Origin: Pseudomonadota bacterium
Lineage (GTDB): Bacteria > Bdellovibrionota_G > JALEGL01 > DATDPG01
Assembly (NCBI GenBank): GCA_043809315.1
Contig: JAZDDX010000020.1
Span: 72,031-136,030 of the forward strand
Direction of reading: 5' to 3'
DNA: 64,000 nt
The notes under the pieces were generated by a model. The model was not told where the DNA came from, made no database searches, and saw only the letters and a list, made by a program, of their open reading frames with translations. The position numbers and the translations under genes were made by a program. Position 1 is the stretch's first letter, and every line of letters starts with the position of its first letter. Below, one piece after another: positions 9,499-18,375 of the stretch.

Positions 9499-10722
9499 AT
9501 GGCCTCACAGAACAAGATCACCCCGGAGTTCATCCGCCGGATCCCAAAGACCGACCTTCACCTCCACCTCGACGGCTCTCTTCGTCTGGGAACCCTGATC
9601 GACCTCGCGAAGAAGGAGAAGCTGGAGCTCCCCTCGTACGAGGAACAGGGGCTCCGGGATCTGGTCTTCAAGCCGCGATACGCGAGCCTCGCGGAGTACC
9701 TGCGGGGGTTCAAGTACACCTGCGCCGTCCTTCGGGAGGCGGAGAACATCGAACGGGTGAGCTACGAGCTGGCGGAGGACAACATTGCCGAGGGGGTCCG
9801 GTACATCGAGATCCGTCTGGCACCGCAGCTCCTGATGCACGAGAATCTGACGGCGGAGGACGTGGTTCGCGCCGTTTCCGACGGGGCCCGGCGCGCAAGG
9901 AACCGCCATAACGAGACCGACGTGGTCAAGAAGGGGAAAGACCTCCCGTTCGATTTCGGCGTGATCGTCTGCGGGATGCGGGCTTTCAATTCGAAGATGG
10001 GGAGCTACTATAAGAATCTGCTGAGCGTCGCCTCCCGAGCTCCGAAGAAGGAGGTCTTCTCCATCGCATCGCTCGAGATGGCGCGCGAAGCAGTCGCGCT
10101 GCGCGACGAACAGGGGTTACCGGTCGTCGGGTTCGACCTGGCCGGCGAGGAGGCCGGGTATCCGTCAGCCTACCACGTTCAGGCGTATGAGTATGCGCAC
10201 AAGAACTTTCTCAAAAAGACCGTGCACGCCGGGGAGGCATACGGCCCGGAGTCGATCTTCCAGGCGATCACGGAGTGCCACGCGAACCGGATCGGGCACG
10301 GGACGTTCCTCTTCGCGAAGGAGATGATCCAGGACGCCTCGATCGAGGACAAGGCCGGGTACATCAACGATCTCGCGGAGTACATCGCCAGCCGCCGAAT
10401 CAACATGGAGGTCTGCATCACGAGCAATCTGCAGACCTGCCCGCAGATCACGAAACCGGAGGACCATCCTCTTTCGCAGATGTTGAAGCATTACCTGTCG
10501 ATCTCGATCTGCACCGACAACCGACTGCATTCGAACACGACGGTCTGCAAGGAGCTGGAACAGGTGGCGAAACATTTCCCGATCACGCACGAGCAGTTCC
10601 GCAGCGTCGTCATCGCCGGGTTCAAGGGGAGTTTCTACGGCGGGAGCTACACCGAGAAGCGCGCGTACGTCCGCCAGGCGATTGATCTCTACGACGCCGT
10701 CGCGGCGGAGATGTTGAAGTAG
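9499..10722 (+). CDS. Adenosine deaminase family protein (long form)
   Basis: PKTDLHLHLDGS, GFDLAGEE, TVHAGE, RIGHG, CTDN. Confidence 0.9.
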   Translation: MASQNKITPEFIRRIPKTDLHLHLDGSLRLGTLIDLAKKEKLELPSYEEQGLRDLVFKPRYASLAEYLRGFKYTCAVLREAENIERVSYELAEDNIAEGVRYIEIRLAPQLLMHENLTAEDVVRAVSDGARRARNRHNETDVVKKGKDLPFDFGVIVCGMRAFNSKMGSYYKNLLSVASRAPKKEVFSIASLEMAREAVALRDEQGLPVVGFDLAGEEAGYPSAYHVQAYEYAHKNFLKKTVHAGEAYGPESIFQAITECHANRIGHGTFLFAKEMIQDASIEDKAGYINDLAEYIASRRINMEVCITSNLQTCPQITKPEDHPLSQMLKHYLSISICTDNRLHSNTTVCKELEQVAKHFPITHEQFRSVVIAGFKGSFYGGSYTEKRAYVRQAIDLYDAVAAEMLK

Positions 10723-10730
10723 GGACCGAC

Positions 10731-11543
10731 ATGCAACCCTCCATCCTCGGCCTCGGCACCTGGGGAATGGAGTGGGACGACCGCGCCGAGGTGACACGCG
10801 CGATTCACAAGGCGATCGACCTCGGGATGACCCACATCGACACCGCCGAAATGTACGGATCGGGGAAGGTCGAAGAGATTCTCGGGACAGTGCTCGAAGG
10901 AAAAAGGGATCAGGTCTTTCTTGTCTCAAAGGTCCTGCCGTCCAACGCGACGTACGACGGAACGATCCGAGCGTGCGAACGTTCGCTTCGCCGTCTCAAG
11001 ACCGATCATCTCGATTGCTATCTACTTCACTATCTGGGGGACCATCCGCTCGAAGAGACGATCCGGGCGTTCGAGACCCTCCAACAGACCGGGAAGATCC
11101 AATCGTACGGCGTCAGCAACTTCAATTTGGACCAAGTTCGGAACGCAACGCGAATCTCAAACAACAAGATCGCCTGCAATCAGGTTCTCTATCACTTGGA
11201 GGAGCGCGGGATCGAACACTACGTCATCCCCGGCTGCCGCGAGCTCGGGATCTCTGTCGTCGCCTACTCCCCTCTCGCGCAAGGGAAGTTCCCGCCGAAA
11301 GATCCCATGAAAAGCGCGGTGCTGACGGAGATTGCGCGTGCCCACAACGTGACGCCAGCTCAAGTAGCACTCGCTTTCGTGATCCGAGATCCGAACCTTT
11401 TGGCGATCCCGAAGAGCGGGAGTGTCCGGCACGTCGTCGAGAACGCCGGGGTGACCTCCGTACACCTCACGGAAGACGAGATCGCCAAGCTGGATCTGGC
11501 TTTTCCGAAGGGACCAGTGCGAAACGATGTGCCGATGCTTTAG
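10731..11543 (+). CDS. Aldo/keto reductase
   Basis: GLGTW, IDTAEMYG, SKV, LLH, GVSNF, YSPL, AIPKS. Confidence 0.93.
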   Translation: MQPSILGLGTWGMEWDDRAEVTRAIHKAIDLGMTHIDTAEMYGSGKVEEILGTVLEGKRDQVFLVSKVLPSNATYDGTIRACERSLRRLKTDHLDCYLLHYLGDHPLEETIRAFETLQQTGKIQSYGVSNFNLDQVRNATRISNNKIACNQVLYHLEERGIEHYVIPGCRELGISVVAYSPLAQGKFPPKDPMKSAVLTEIARAHNVTPAQVALAFVIRDPNLLAIPKSGSVRHVVENAGVTSVHLTEDEIAKLDLAFPKGPVRNDVPML

Positions 11544-11544
11544 G

Positions 11545-12009
11545 CTAGGCGGCATTTCGGAATCGGATTTCGAGCGGCAAACCCAATACGCCGGCGATCT
11601 TATACAGTTGCTCGAGGTTCTTGTTCAGGATTGCTGGACTCAAAAGGCGGTGGACTTGATTGCTGGAGGTACCCAACCTCTCCGCGAGATATCGCTTCGA
11701 AATGTTCCGCTTTTTCAGCGTTCCCTTGATTGTCGCCGTCAGCACTTCGATATGGGTCTGAAGGAGAAACTCAGGATCTTTGGCAAGAGCTAATGGCTGG
11801 TCGAACGGCATGAAATCGGTCCGCCCATCCGAGAATTCAAACCCGATAGACCTCCCCCGCGTCTCATGATCGATCCATGCCTTCCGGATCCTCCCCTTGA
11901 TCCCCACCTGTCCAAAATGAAACGTGATTTTCTTCTTCGAGCCATAGACGACCGAGATCTGCTTCTTTCGGTTGTTGACCGACACGGATTTTAGTTTGTC
12001 TTGTCTCAT
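11545..12009 (-). CDS. XRE-type HTH protein, putative antitoxin partner of the DUF4160-like gene
   Basis: C-terminal helix-turn-helix (ISKRYLAERLGTSSNQVHRLL...LEQLYKIAGVLG). ATGA overlap with the small upstream ORF. Confidence 0.65.
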   Translation of the reverse strand: MRQDKLKSVSVNNRKKQISVVYGSKKKITFHFGQVGIKGRIRKAWIDHETRGRSIGFEFSDGRTDFMPFDQPLALAKDPEFLLQTHIEVLTATIKGTLKKRNISKRYLAERLGTSSNQVHRLLSPAILNKNLEQLYKIAGVLGLPLEIRFRNAA

Positions 12010-12200
12010 AATTCTCCTTGTCGAATCAGATCAGCAAAGATCCTCCTCAGCTTCTTATTCAGCCGCCCCTTGAGCACGAGGAGTTGCGGCACCTGCACCT
12101 TCGCCACCTCTTTTCCATCTTTGTACACGTGGGCATGTTTTGGCATGTGATCTCCCATCCACCATTCGATCAGATACCCCGCACGTTGGATCCGTCCCAT
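12006..12200 (-). CDS. DUF4160-like small protein (putative toxin)
   Basis: 64 aa basic protein with DHMPKHAHV (DHxPxHxHV motif) and a following 'G.L' motif. Confidence 0.65.
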   Translation of the reverse strand: MGRIQRAGYLIEWWMGDHMPKHAHVYKDGKEVAKVQVPQLLVLKGRLNKKLRRIFADLIRQGEL

Positions 12201-12205
12201 TCCAG

Positions 12206-12237
12206 CATCTACTAAAGTATACTATATTTAGTAAATG
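12206..12237. promoter_or_regulatory. Inverted repeat, putative autoregulatory operator of the DUF4160/HTH pair
   Basis: CATCTACTAAA-N10-TTTAGTAAATG (11-bp arms, 1 mismatch), AT-rich, immediately upstream of the start codon. Confidence 0.6.
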
Positions 12238-12373
12238 TTATGAAGCGCCGGCAGGCCGGGCTCCCCTGCCTCGGATGGCAAGAGTCATGCCCGAAGTTAA
12301 CTGGATGAAAGAACTGAGAATCGATGGATCGGGAAAACGGCGGGAGACCGGAAATCGGACGGTCGCAGCGCTA

Positions 12374-13162
12374 TTATCGAAGCGCCTGGTCGAGCAGTTC
12401 CTTGAGCTTTTCCTTCGTCAACGCTCCGCCCTTGCAGTAGGAGATCGGTCGGTCTTTCTTCACGATGCACGTCGCAGGAACCCTGTGGATCGTGTAATCC
12501 ATCGCCACGTCATTGTTCGAGTCGAACAGAACCGGCCACTTCATGCCGTACCTCTTCGCAAACGAGGCCGTCTTTGCGGCACTTTCCTCCAACGTCGTGC
12601 TGATCGATACGAACTCGACCCCTTTTTCTTTGTACTCTGAGCGAACTTCCACGAGATCCGGTGTTTCCTTCTGACAGGGCTTACACCAGGTGTTGAAGAT
12701 GTTCACCAGGACGACCTTGTTGTCTTTGAGGAGATCCATCAGACGGACCATCTTCTTGTCGGACACGTCCTGAATCTTGAAATCAGGTGCGTACTGGGTG
12801 CAGTGCGTTTCTTCCTCCGTAAGCGTCTGCTCTTCAGAGTCTCCCCATGAAACGGTCCAGAGATCCTCTTGTCCCTGCAACGTGTAGTTGGAGTTCGGAT
12901 AGGAAAGGGGGATCTGCTTGATCTCCGGCTTCCGCCAAATTTCAACGTAATCATCATAAGAGTACGTGGTTGATCGGACCTTCTTCTTCCCCGGAATCGC
13001 CTCCTCCACAATCAGCTCGCGGTAATCCGCCTTGTCCAAGCCCTTGAAGACCGAGACTTGAAGCGTCCGCTTCTCCAGCTTCGGGGCACAGGAAAGAAGA
13101 AGCTCCTTCGCGGAGGCGCTGGAGACGAAAAGAAGGGCGGCAATGGCGGCCAGGGGTTTCAA
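12374..13162 (-). CDS. Secreted protein with a C-terminal TlpA/ResA-type thioredoxin domain
   Basis: Signal peptide (MKPLAAIAALLFVSSASA), NIFNTWCKPC, cis-Pro motif VP. N-terminal domain not recognised. Confidence 0.8.
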   Translation of the reverse strand: MKPLAAIAALLFVSSASAKELLLSCAPKLEKRTLQVSVFKGLDKADYRELIVEEAIPGKKKVRSTTYSYDDYVEIWRKPEIKQIPLSYPNSNYTLQGQEDLWTVSWGDSEEQTLTEEETHCTQYAPDFKIQDVSDKKMVRLMDLLKDNKVVLVNIFNTWCKPCQKETPDLVEVRSEYKEKGVEFVSISTTLEESAAKTASFAKRYGMKWPVLFDSNNDVAMDYTIHRVPATCIVKKDRPISYCKGGALTKEKLKELLDQALR

Positions 13163-13206
13163 CGCAGCGCATTATATTGAATCCTACACCCCTGCGCAAG
13201 GGGGGG

Positions 13207-14232
13207 TCAGACGTGCAGCTCGACGACGTCCTTGTCGACCAACCGGTGCTCCGGCCCGACCGGCTGCCCGTCGAACCGCCCACTCCCCCAAAGCTTCGCG
13301 AACTTGAGCATCGAGGCGATCTCTTTGTGAACCAGGACCGCCAGGTCGTGGACTGTTCCTCCGTGGCGGAGGGTGTACGGCTTCGTCAGCTCCGGCGGCT
13401 TCCCCGGCGGCTTCGTGTAGGCCCGAATCAGTCCTAGCTTCTTGAACAGAAACGGCCCCAACTCGGATAACCCCTCCCTCGTCTCCGCCGAAACCGTAAA
13501 CGCCGGGAACTTCACCCCGACCAGCTCTTCTAAGACCTTTACCTCCTCCGGATCGGGGTCGAGATCCCGCTTGTTCGCGACGAGGATCGTCGGAAGATGG
13601 AGACGGAACGGATCGGGGGTCTCGTCACGACCCACCGGAACCGCACTCTCCGGATCGAGAGGCCACCGCTCCGTCAGCGTCACCTTCTTCTCGTGCAGGC
13701 GCGAAAGAATCGCCGGCAGATCGTCTGTCGCCGCCGGATCGGTGACATCGACGACCAACATCGCCGCATCGGCCGTCTGGAGAGCGTTCGCGTACCACCC
13801 CTCCATGAACTCCTTCGATATCGGTGGAAGATCGATCAGCTGGAGGTGAACATCCTCGTATTTGAGCATCCCGGGGAACGGGGTCTTCGTCGTGAACGGG
13901 TACGGACCGACCTCGGCATGTGCGCCGGTCAAGCGGTTCAAGAGCAACGACTTCCCGGCGTTCGGAGGACCGATCAAAACGATCTGCGCCGCCCCCTCGG
14001 AGCGGACCGCCTGGATTACGCCGCCGCCCCCCCCTTTTTTTTCCCGGATCGCGGTCTCTTCCGTTAGATCCTTGATCCGGGTCTTGATGTCCGCCTGAAG
14101 ATGATCCGTCCCTTTGTGCTTCGGAACCGTCCGGAGCATCTCCCGCAACCACTTGAGCTTCTCATGCGGATCGCGCGCCTTCTTGTATTCCGCTTCCGAC
14201 CGCTTGTACTCGGGTGTCGTGTTCGTCGGCAT
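13207..14232 (-). CDS. DRG/OBG-family GTPase with TGS domain
   Basis: Start MPTNTTPEY. PKHKGT, G1 GPPNAGKS, YPFTT, DLPP, NKRD. TGS tail HRLVDKDVVELH. Confidence 0.85.
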   Translation of the reverse strand: MPTNTTPEYKRSEAEYKKARDPHEKLKWLREMLRTVPKHKGTDHLQADIKTRIKDLTEETAIREKKGGGGGVIQAVRSEGAAQIVLIGPPNAGKSLLLNRLTGAHAEVGPYPFTTKTPFPGMLKYEDVHLQLIDLPPISKEFMEGWYANALQTADAAMLVVDVTDPAATDDLPAILSRLHEKKVTLTERWPLDPESAVPVGRDETPDPFRLHLPTILVANKRDLDPDPEEVKVLEELVGVKFPAFTVSAETREGLSELGPFLFKKLGLIRAYTKPPGKPPELTKPYTLRHGGTVHDLAVLVHKEIASMLKFAKLWGSGRFDGQPVGPEHRLVDKDVVELHV

Positions 14233-14234
14233 CG

Positions 14235-14849
14235 TTACTCCGCGGCAAGCCGCGCCATCTCCGCCGGGGTGTTGGCATTCCAAAGGATCCGCGGGTCGTC
14301 GACTGGAACCCGGACCCTCTGGTCCTCCTGCAGCCTTCGGATCTGTTCGTCGAGCCTCGCTTCGGACGACCCGAACGGCACTTGAGCGAGTTGTTTTAGG
14401 AACGTCGCGGCGAGCAAGACCGGATGTCCCCCCTTCTTCTTGAAAACGGGGACACACGACTGGACCCGAATTGAAAATGCACCCGTAAGAGCCTTGCACA
14501 CCTCCGCACTCGGAACCGGAACATCGATCGGAAGGAGAAACGCGGCCGGTTCGGTCAGAATCCGTCCGGCACTTACGATCGACGAGAAGGGGCCGTGTTC
14601 GGGGGCATCGTTGATGACAAACGTATGGGGAGAGTCTTGCCGGAGCCACGGGAGCGCTTCGAAATACCGGTCTGCATCGTACCCGAGGACAACGATCACT
14701 CGACTTCCGCTGATCTTCGAGAACAGCGCCAGCTGCCGTTCGATCCAGTACTCCCCGTCGGTCCGGACCAATCCTTTCGGGACCCCCATCCGTCCCGATT
14801 TTCCGCCGCACAGAACGATCAGCGGGAATCTTCCGACGTCACCCGCCAT
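14235..14849 (-). CDS. mocA: Molybdenum cofactor nucleotidyltransferase (MocA-like)
   Basis: LCGGKSGRMGVPKGL, PIDVP, GGHPVLL, NANTP. Lies in the Moco operon near Xdh genes. Confidence 0.7.
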   Translation of the reverse strand: MAGDVGRFPLIVLCGGKSGRMGVPKGLVRTDGEYWIERQLALFSKISGSRVIVVLGYDADRYFEALPWLRQDSPHTFVINDAPEHGPFSSIVSAGRILTEPAAFLLPIDVPVPSAEVCKALTGAFSIRVQSCVPVFKKKGGHPVLLAATFLKQLAQVPFGSSEARLDEQIRRLQEDQRVRVPVDDPRILWNANTPAEMARLAAE

Positions 14850-15264
14850 TCAACCACTCGCTGGTACCGTCCCGATACGTCTGTTTCTTCCAGATCGGCG
14901 TCCGGCGCTTCAGCTCCCCGACGATATATTCACAGGCACGAAATGCTTCCGATCGATGCTCGGCGGAGACCGCAACGACGACCGAAACCTCCCCCGGCTC
15001 CAAAACTCCGGCCCGGTGGAGGATCGAGCAAGCCGCAACACCGAACTTCTTCTCCGCCTCGTTCCCGATCTCACCGAAGACCTTTTCCGCCATCGGGACG
15101 TACGCCTCGTACTCGAGACGAACCACATCCCGATCCCGGTCACGACCTCGAACGGTCCCGACAAAGACGACCTGGCCGCCGTTGACACCGGAAGGTGGGA
15201 ACAAAGAGGGGTCGATCGGCTTCCGGGTGATTTCGAAGCGGGAGCTCACAATCTCAACCTCCAC
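14839..15264 (-). CDS. moaE: Molybdopterin synthase catalytic subunit
   Basis: FVGTVR, LEYEAY, HR.G.L..GE, HR..AF, PIWKK. Confidence 0.93.
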   Translation of the reverse strand: MEVEIVSSRFEITRKPIDPSLFPPSGVNGGQVVFVGTVRGRDRDRDVVRLEYEAYVPMAEKVFGEIGNEAEKKFGVAACSILHRAGVLEPGEVSVVVAVSAEHRSEAFRACEYIVGELKRRTPIWKKQTYRDGTSEWLNGG

Positions 15265-15478
15265 TCATCGGGGGGAGAAAGGCGACCTCGTCCCCCTCTT
15301 GAAGCTTCCGATCGCCGGTCACAACCGTTCGATTGACGGCAACGGCAACCCCCTTTCCAAGGTTCGGGAGTCGTTTCAGGAGGTCGGCCGTCGACGCCCC
15401 TTCGTTCAAATCGAGCGCTTCTTTCTCCTTGCCTAGAAGCTCTCTATGTCCTGCAAAATAAAATACTTGAATCTTCAT
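15254..15478 (-). CDS. moaD: Molybdopterin synthase sulfur carrier
   Basis: 74 aa ubiquitin-like protein ending GDEVAFLPPMSGG. Confidence 0.93.
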   Translation of the reverse strand: MKIQVFYFAGHRELLGKEKEALDLNEGASTADLLKRLPNLGKGVAVAVNRTVVTGDRKLQEGDEVAFLPPMSGG

Positions 15479-15485
15479 ATCTAAT

Positions 15486-16718
15486 CTAATTCTTCACTAC
15501 TGAAGTTCGTATACCCGGACATCTTCCCCCTTCGCGAATCGGTTGATCCCCTTCCGGAATGAAGATTAAAACCTCGGCCTCTTTGAGCGAGCTCAAAAGG
15601 TGTGAATCCTGATGAGTCAGGGGCACGGCACCCCACCGCTCCCCCTCGCGAACGAGCTTCCCTTTCAACCACTGGGCCCTGGAATCGCTCCGGGGTGTCT
15701 CGCTCAGCAGGGGAACCGTCCGGCATCGAAGATCGACGTCTGTCGCCCCCATGAGGGTCAGAATCGCAGGACGGGCATACATGTAGAAACAGGTGAAAAC
15801 GGCGAACGGGTTCCCCGGAAGGGCCAAGATCAGCCGTTTCCCCTGGAAGCCGGCATAAATCGGTTTTCCCGGCTTCTGAGCTACGCGCCAGAACAGCTCC
15901 TCCACGCCGAGACGCGCGAGTGCCTCCCTCGTCACGTCGTGCTCTCCGACCGAGACCCCTCCGGTCACGAGAAGGAGATCGGACTCTTCCAAGGCCTGCC
16001 CGATTTTCTCGATCGTCTCGTCGAGATCATCGCCGACCCGTTCGAGGCGTTGGACCGGGCATCCGATCTCCCGGAGCGCCTGTCCGAGGATTACCGAGTT
16101 CGATTCGAACGTCTTCCCCTCTCGGAGATCTTTTGGATCCATCACCAACTCGCGGCCCGTCACGATGACCGAGACTTTCGGAAGCTTTGCTACCTGAACC
16201 TTCCGGATCCCTATCGAAGCGAGGATCCCGGCCAAACCGACCGTGACGCGTGCCCCGATCGAAGCGACGATCTCCCCTTCGCGAACGTCCCCGCCCCTCG
16301 GCCGAATGAATCGGCCGGTCGCAACCGGATCGGAAAGCTCGATCCAGCCCGTCCCCTCCCGAACCACCTCCTTGGGAACGACGGCGTCCGCTCCTTTCGG
16401 GATCGGGGCGCCGGTCATGATCTGGATGGAGGTCCGGGGAGAGCTGAGCGTCAGCGACAAATCTCCGGCCTGCGTCGTCCCCGCTAGGTCGAGTCGGACC
16501 GGATTCGCCTTCGAAGCGGTCGTCGTCTCGGAGGCGCGGACGGCGAACCCATCCATCGCCGAGTTATCAAAGTGAGGAACGTCGATCGGCGCTCGGACAC
16601 TCTCCGCGACGATCCTCCCACCTGCCTCCGAGAGAGAGACGGTCTCCGAAGGCCAGGCGTTCGACCAGGATCGTACTCGGGTCAGGAGCCGCTCGCGGGC
16701 CTCGCCGACCGTGATCAT
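15486..16718 (-). CDS. moeA: Molybdopterin molybdotransferase (last ~13 residues probably frameshifted)
   Basis: FDNSAMDGFA, IMTGAPIP, TGGVSVG, KPGKP, LPGNP. Start trimmed to MITVGEA. Confidence 0.92.
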   Translation of the reverse strand: MITVGEARERLLTRVRSWSNAWPSETVSLSEAGGRIVAESVRAPIDVPHFDNSAMDGFAVRASETTTASKANPVRLDLAGTTQAGDLSLTLSSPRTSIQIMTGAPIPKGADAVVPKEVVREGTGWIELSDPVATGRFIRPRGGDVREGEIVASIGARVTVGLAGILASIGIRKVQVAKLPKVSVIVTGRELVMDPKDLREGKTFESNSVILGQALREIGCPVQRLERVGDDLDETIEKIGQALEESDLLLVTGGVSVGEHDVTREALARLGVEELFWRVAQKPGKPIYAGFQGKRLILALPGNPFAVFTCFYMYARPAILTLMGATDVDLRCRTVPLLSETPRSDSRAQWLKGKLVREGERWGAVPLTHQDSHLLSSLKEAEVLIFIPEGDQPIREGGRCPGIRTSVVKN

Positions 16719-17467
16719 CCGAGGGTCCAGAAAAGCCTCCCGGCCACAAAAAGGATCAGGCACGCGGTCGTACGCTGGATCGCAACCAAGGGGAGTCGTC
16801 CGACGCTCAGGCGGCTTCCGATCTGGCCTCCCAGGAAAACCGCTGCTGCCAGCGGAACGATCGTTGCCAGATCGTACGCGTACGCCGATTTCTGAAACTG
16901 CCCCGCTAGGCCGGAAAGTGAGTTGACCAGGATAAAGAAACTGGAAGCTGCGGCGATCTGCCGGGCGTTCCCCCAACGGAGAAAATAGAGGAGCGGCGCA
17001 AGAAAGATCCCGCCGCCGATCCCGACCACCCCTCCCAAGAATCCCAGGATCGCGCCGGCCACCAATCCGATGGGGACTTCCCGAACAAAGCGCTTGGAGA
17101 TTCTCTCTTCCATGCCTCGACCGGAGAAGAAGAGAGCCAGGCCGGCAACAGCCAGGGAAAATGCCGCCAGGATTAGGAACGTCTCTTTCGCGATCGGATA
17201 CCGCCCGCCGAAATAGGCGGCCGGAACCGATCCGACGACGAACGGCAAAACGCGCCGGAACGGGAGCCATCCCCCTTTTACGTAATGAATAACCCCACCC
17301 GAAACGACGACAAGGTTACAAAGAAGCGCGATCTTCGGAGCGACCGTGTGCGGAAGACTGAACAACAGAAGGAGAGCCACATACGTCGAACCGCCGCCGA
17401 AACCGGCTGCCGAGTAGACCAGAGCAGTGAGAAAAAAAAGAGGGACCAAGGCGAGAACCGCCGTCAC
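16715..17467 (-). CDS. TauE/SafE (sulfite exporter) family membrane protein
   Basis: Two GGG-containing repeats (GFGGG, GIGGG) in a 250-aa hydrophobic protein. Confidence 0.85.
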   Translation of the reverse strand: MTAVLALVPLFFLTALVYSAAGFGGGSTYVALLLLFSLPHTVAPKIALLCNLVVVSGGVIHYVKGGWLPFRRVLPFVVGSVPAAYFGGRYPIAKETFLILAAFSLAVAGLALFFSGRGMEERISKRFVREVPIGLVAGAILGFLGGVVGIGGGIFLAPLLYFLRWGNARQIAAASSFFILVNSLSGLAGQFQKSAYAYDLATIVPLAAAVFLGGQIGSRLSVGRLPLVAIQRTTACLILFVAGRLFWTLG

Positions 17468-18375
17468 GACCCGTGCCCCCCGCCTTCGAGCACGTGGTAG
17501 ACGTGAAAGAGGACCGGGAAGATCGCGTCGATCGACTCCTCGGCCGCCGTTGCCGACCCGGGGAGGTTCACCAAGACCGTAGCCCCTCGGACGCCGGCCG
17601 TCCCGCGGGAGAGAACCGCCCTTGGGTTCCTCCTCCGCCCGTGGCTTCGCATCGCTTCAGACAGACCGGGGATCTTCCGTTCGATCACTTCTTCCGTCGC
17701 CTCGACGGTCACATCCCGCGGTCCGAGCCCGGTCCCGCCGGTCGTCACGATCAGGGAGACCCCCTCTTCGCAGAACTGGAGAAGTTTCCTTTTGATCACT
17801 TCCTGATCATCCGGAACGATGGCCCGCTCCACGTTCCGGATCCCGAGCCCCTTGAGCCTCTCGACAATCCGAACTCCCGACTCGTCCTTCCGTTTTCCTT
17901 CGAATACCCCGTCCGACGTCACGACGACGGCGGCGCGAAAACCGTTCGGAACCTTCTCGATGAAATCGGATTTTCCGCCTTTCTTCGAGGAAACCTCGAT
18001 CCCGCCGATCTCCATCTTCGGATCGATCCCTTTGAGCATGTCGAAGATGGTGAGAAGCGCAACGGCGACGGCGGTGAGCGCCTCCATCTCGACCCCCGTC
18101 TTCCAGACCGCCTTCACGGTCGATTCCACCCGGATTCCCCCCTCCTCGAGCTTGAACCCGATCGAGATCCCGTCGAGGGGGATCGGATGACAGTACGGGA
18201 GGATCTCCCAGGTCTTCTTTGCCGCAAGGATCCCGGCCGTCCGCGCAGCCTCCAGAACATCCCCTTTCGGAACCTTCTTCTCTTTCACCATCCCCAGCAC
18301 GTCCGGCGACACCGTGATCCGGCCGGAAGCGGTCGCAGTACGAAGTGTGTCGATCTTGGAATCGGTAAAGATCAT
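17464..18375 (-). CDS. moaCB: Bifunctional MoaC / MogA(MoaB) fusion
   Basis: MoaC: LPYCHP, TGVEMEAL, KKGGKS. MogA/MoaB: TTGGTGLGPRDVT, NLPGS. Confidence 0.9.
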   Translation of the reverse strand: MIFTDSKIDTLRTATASGRITVSPDVLGMVKEKKVPKGDVLEAARTAGILAAKKTWEILPYCHPIPLDGISIGFKLEEGGIRVESTVKAVWKTGVEMEALTAVAVALLTIFDMLKGIDPKMEIGGIEVSSKKGGKSDFIEKVPNGFRAAVVVTSDGVFEGKRKDESGVRIVERLKGLGIRNVERAIVPDDQEVIKRKLLQFCEEGVSLIVTTGGTGLGPRDVTVEATEEVIERKIPGLSEAMRSHGRRRNPRAVLSRGTAGVRGATVLVNLPGSATAAEESIDAIFPVLFHVYHVLEGGGHGS

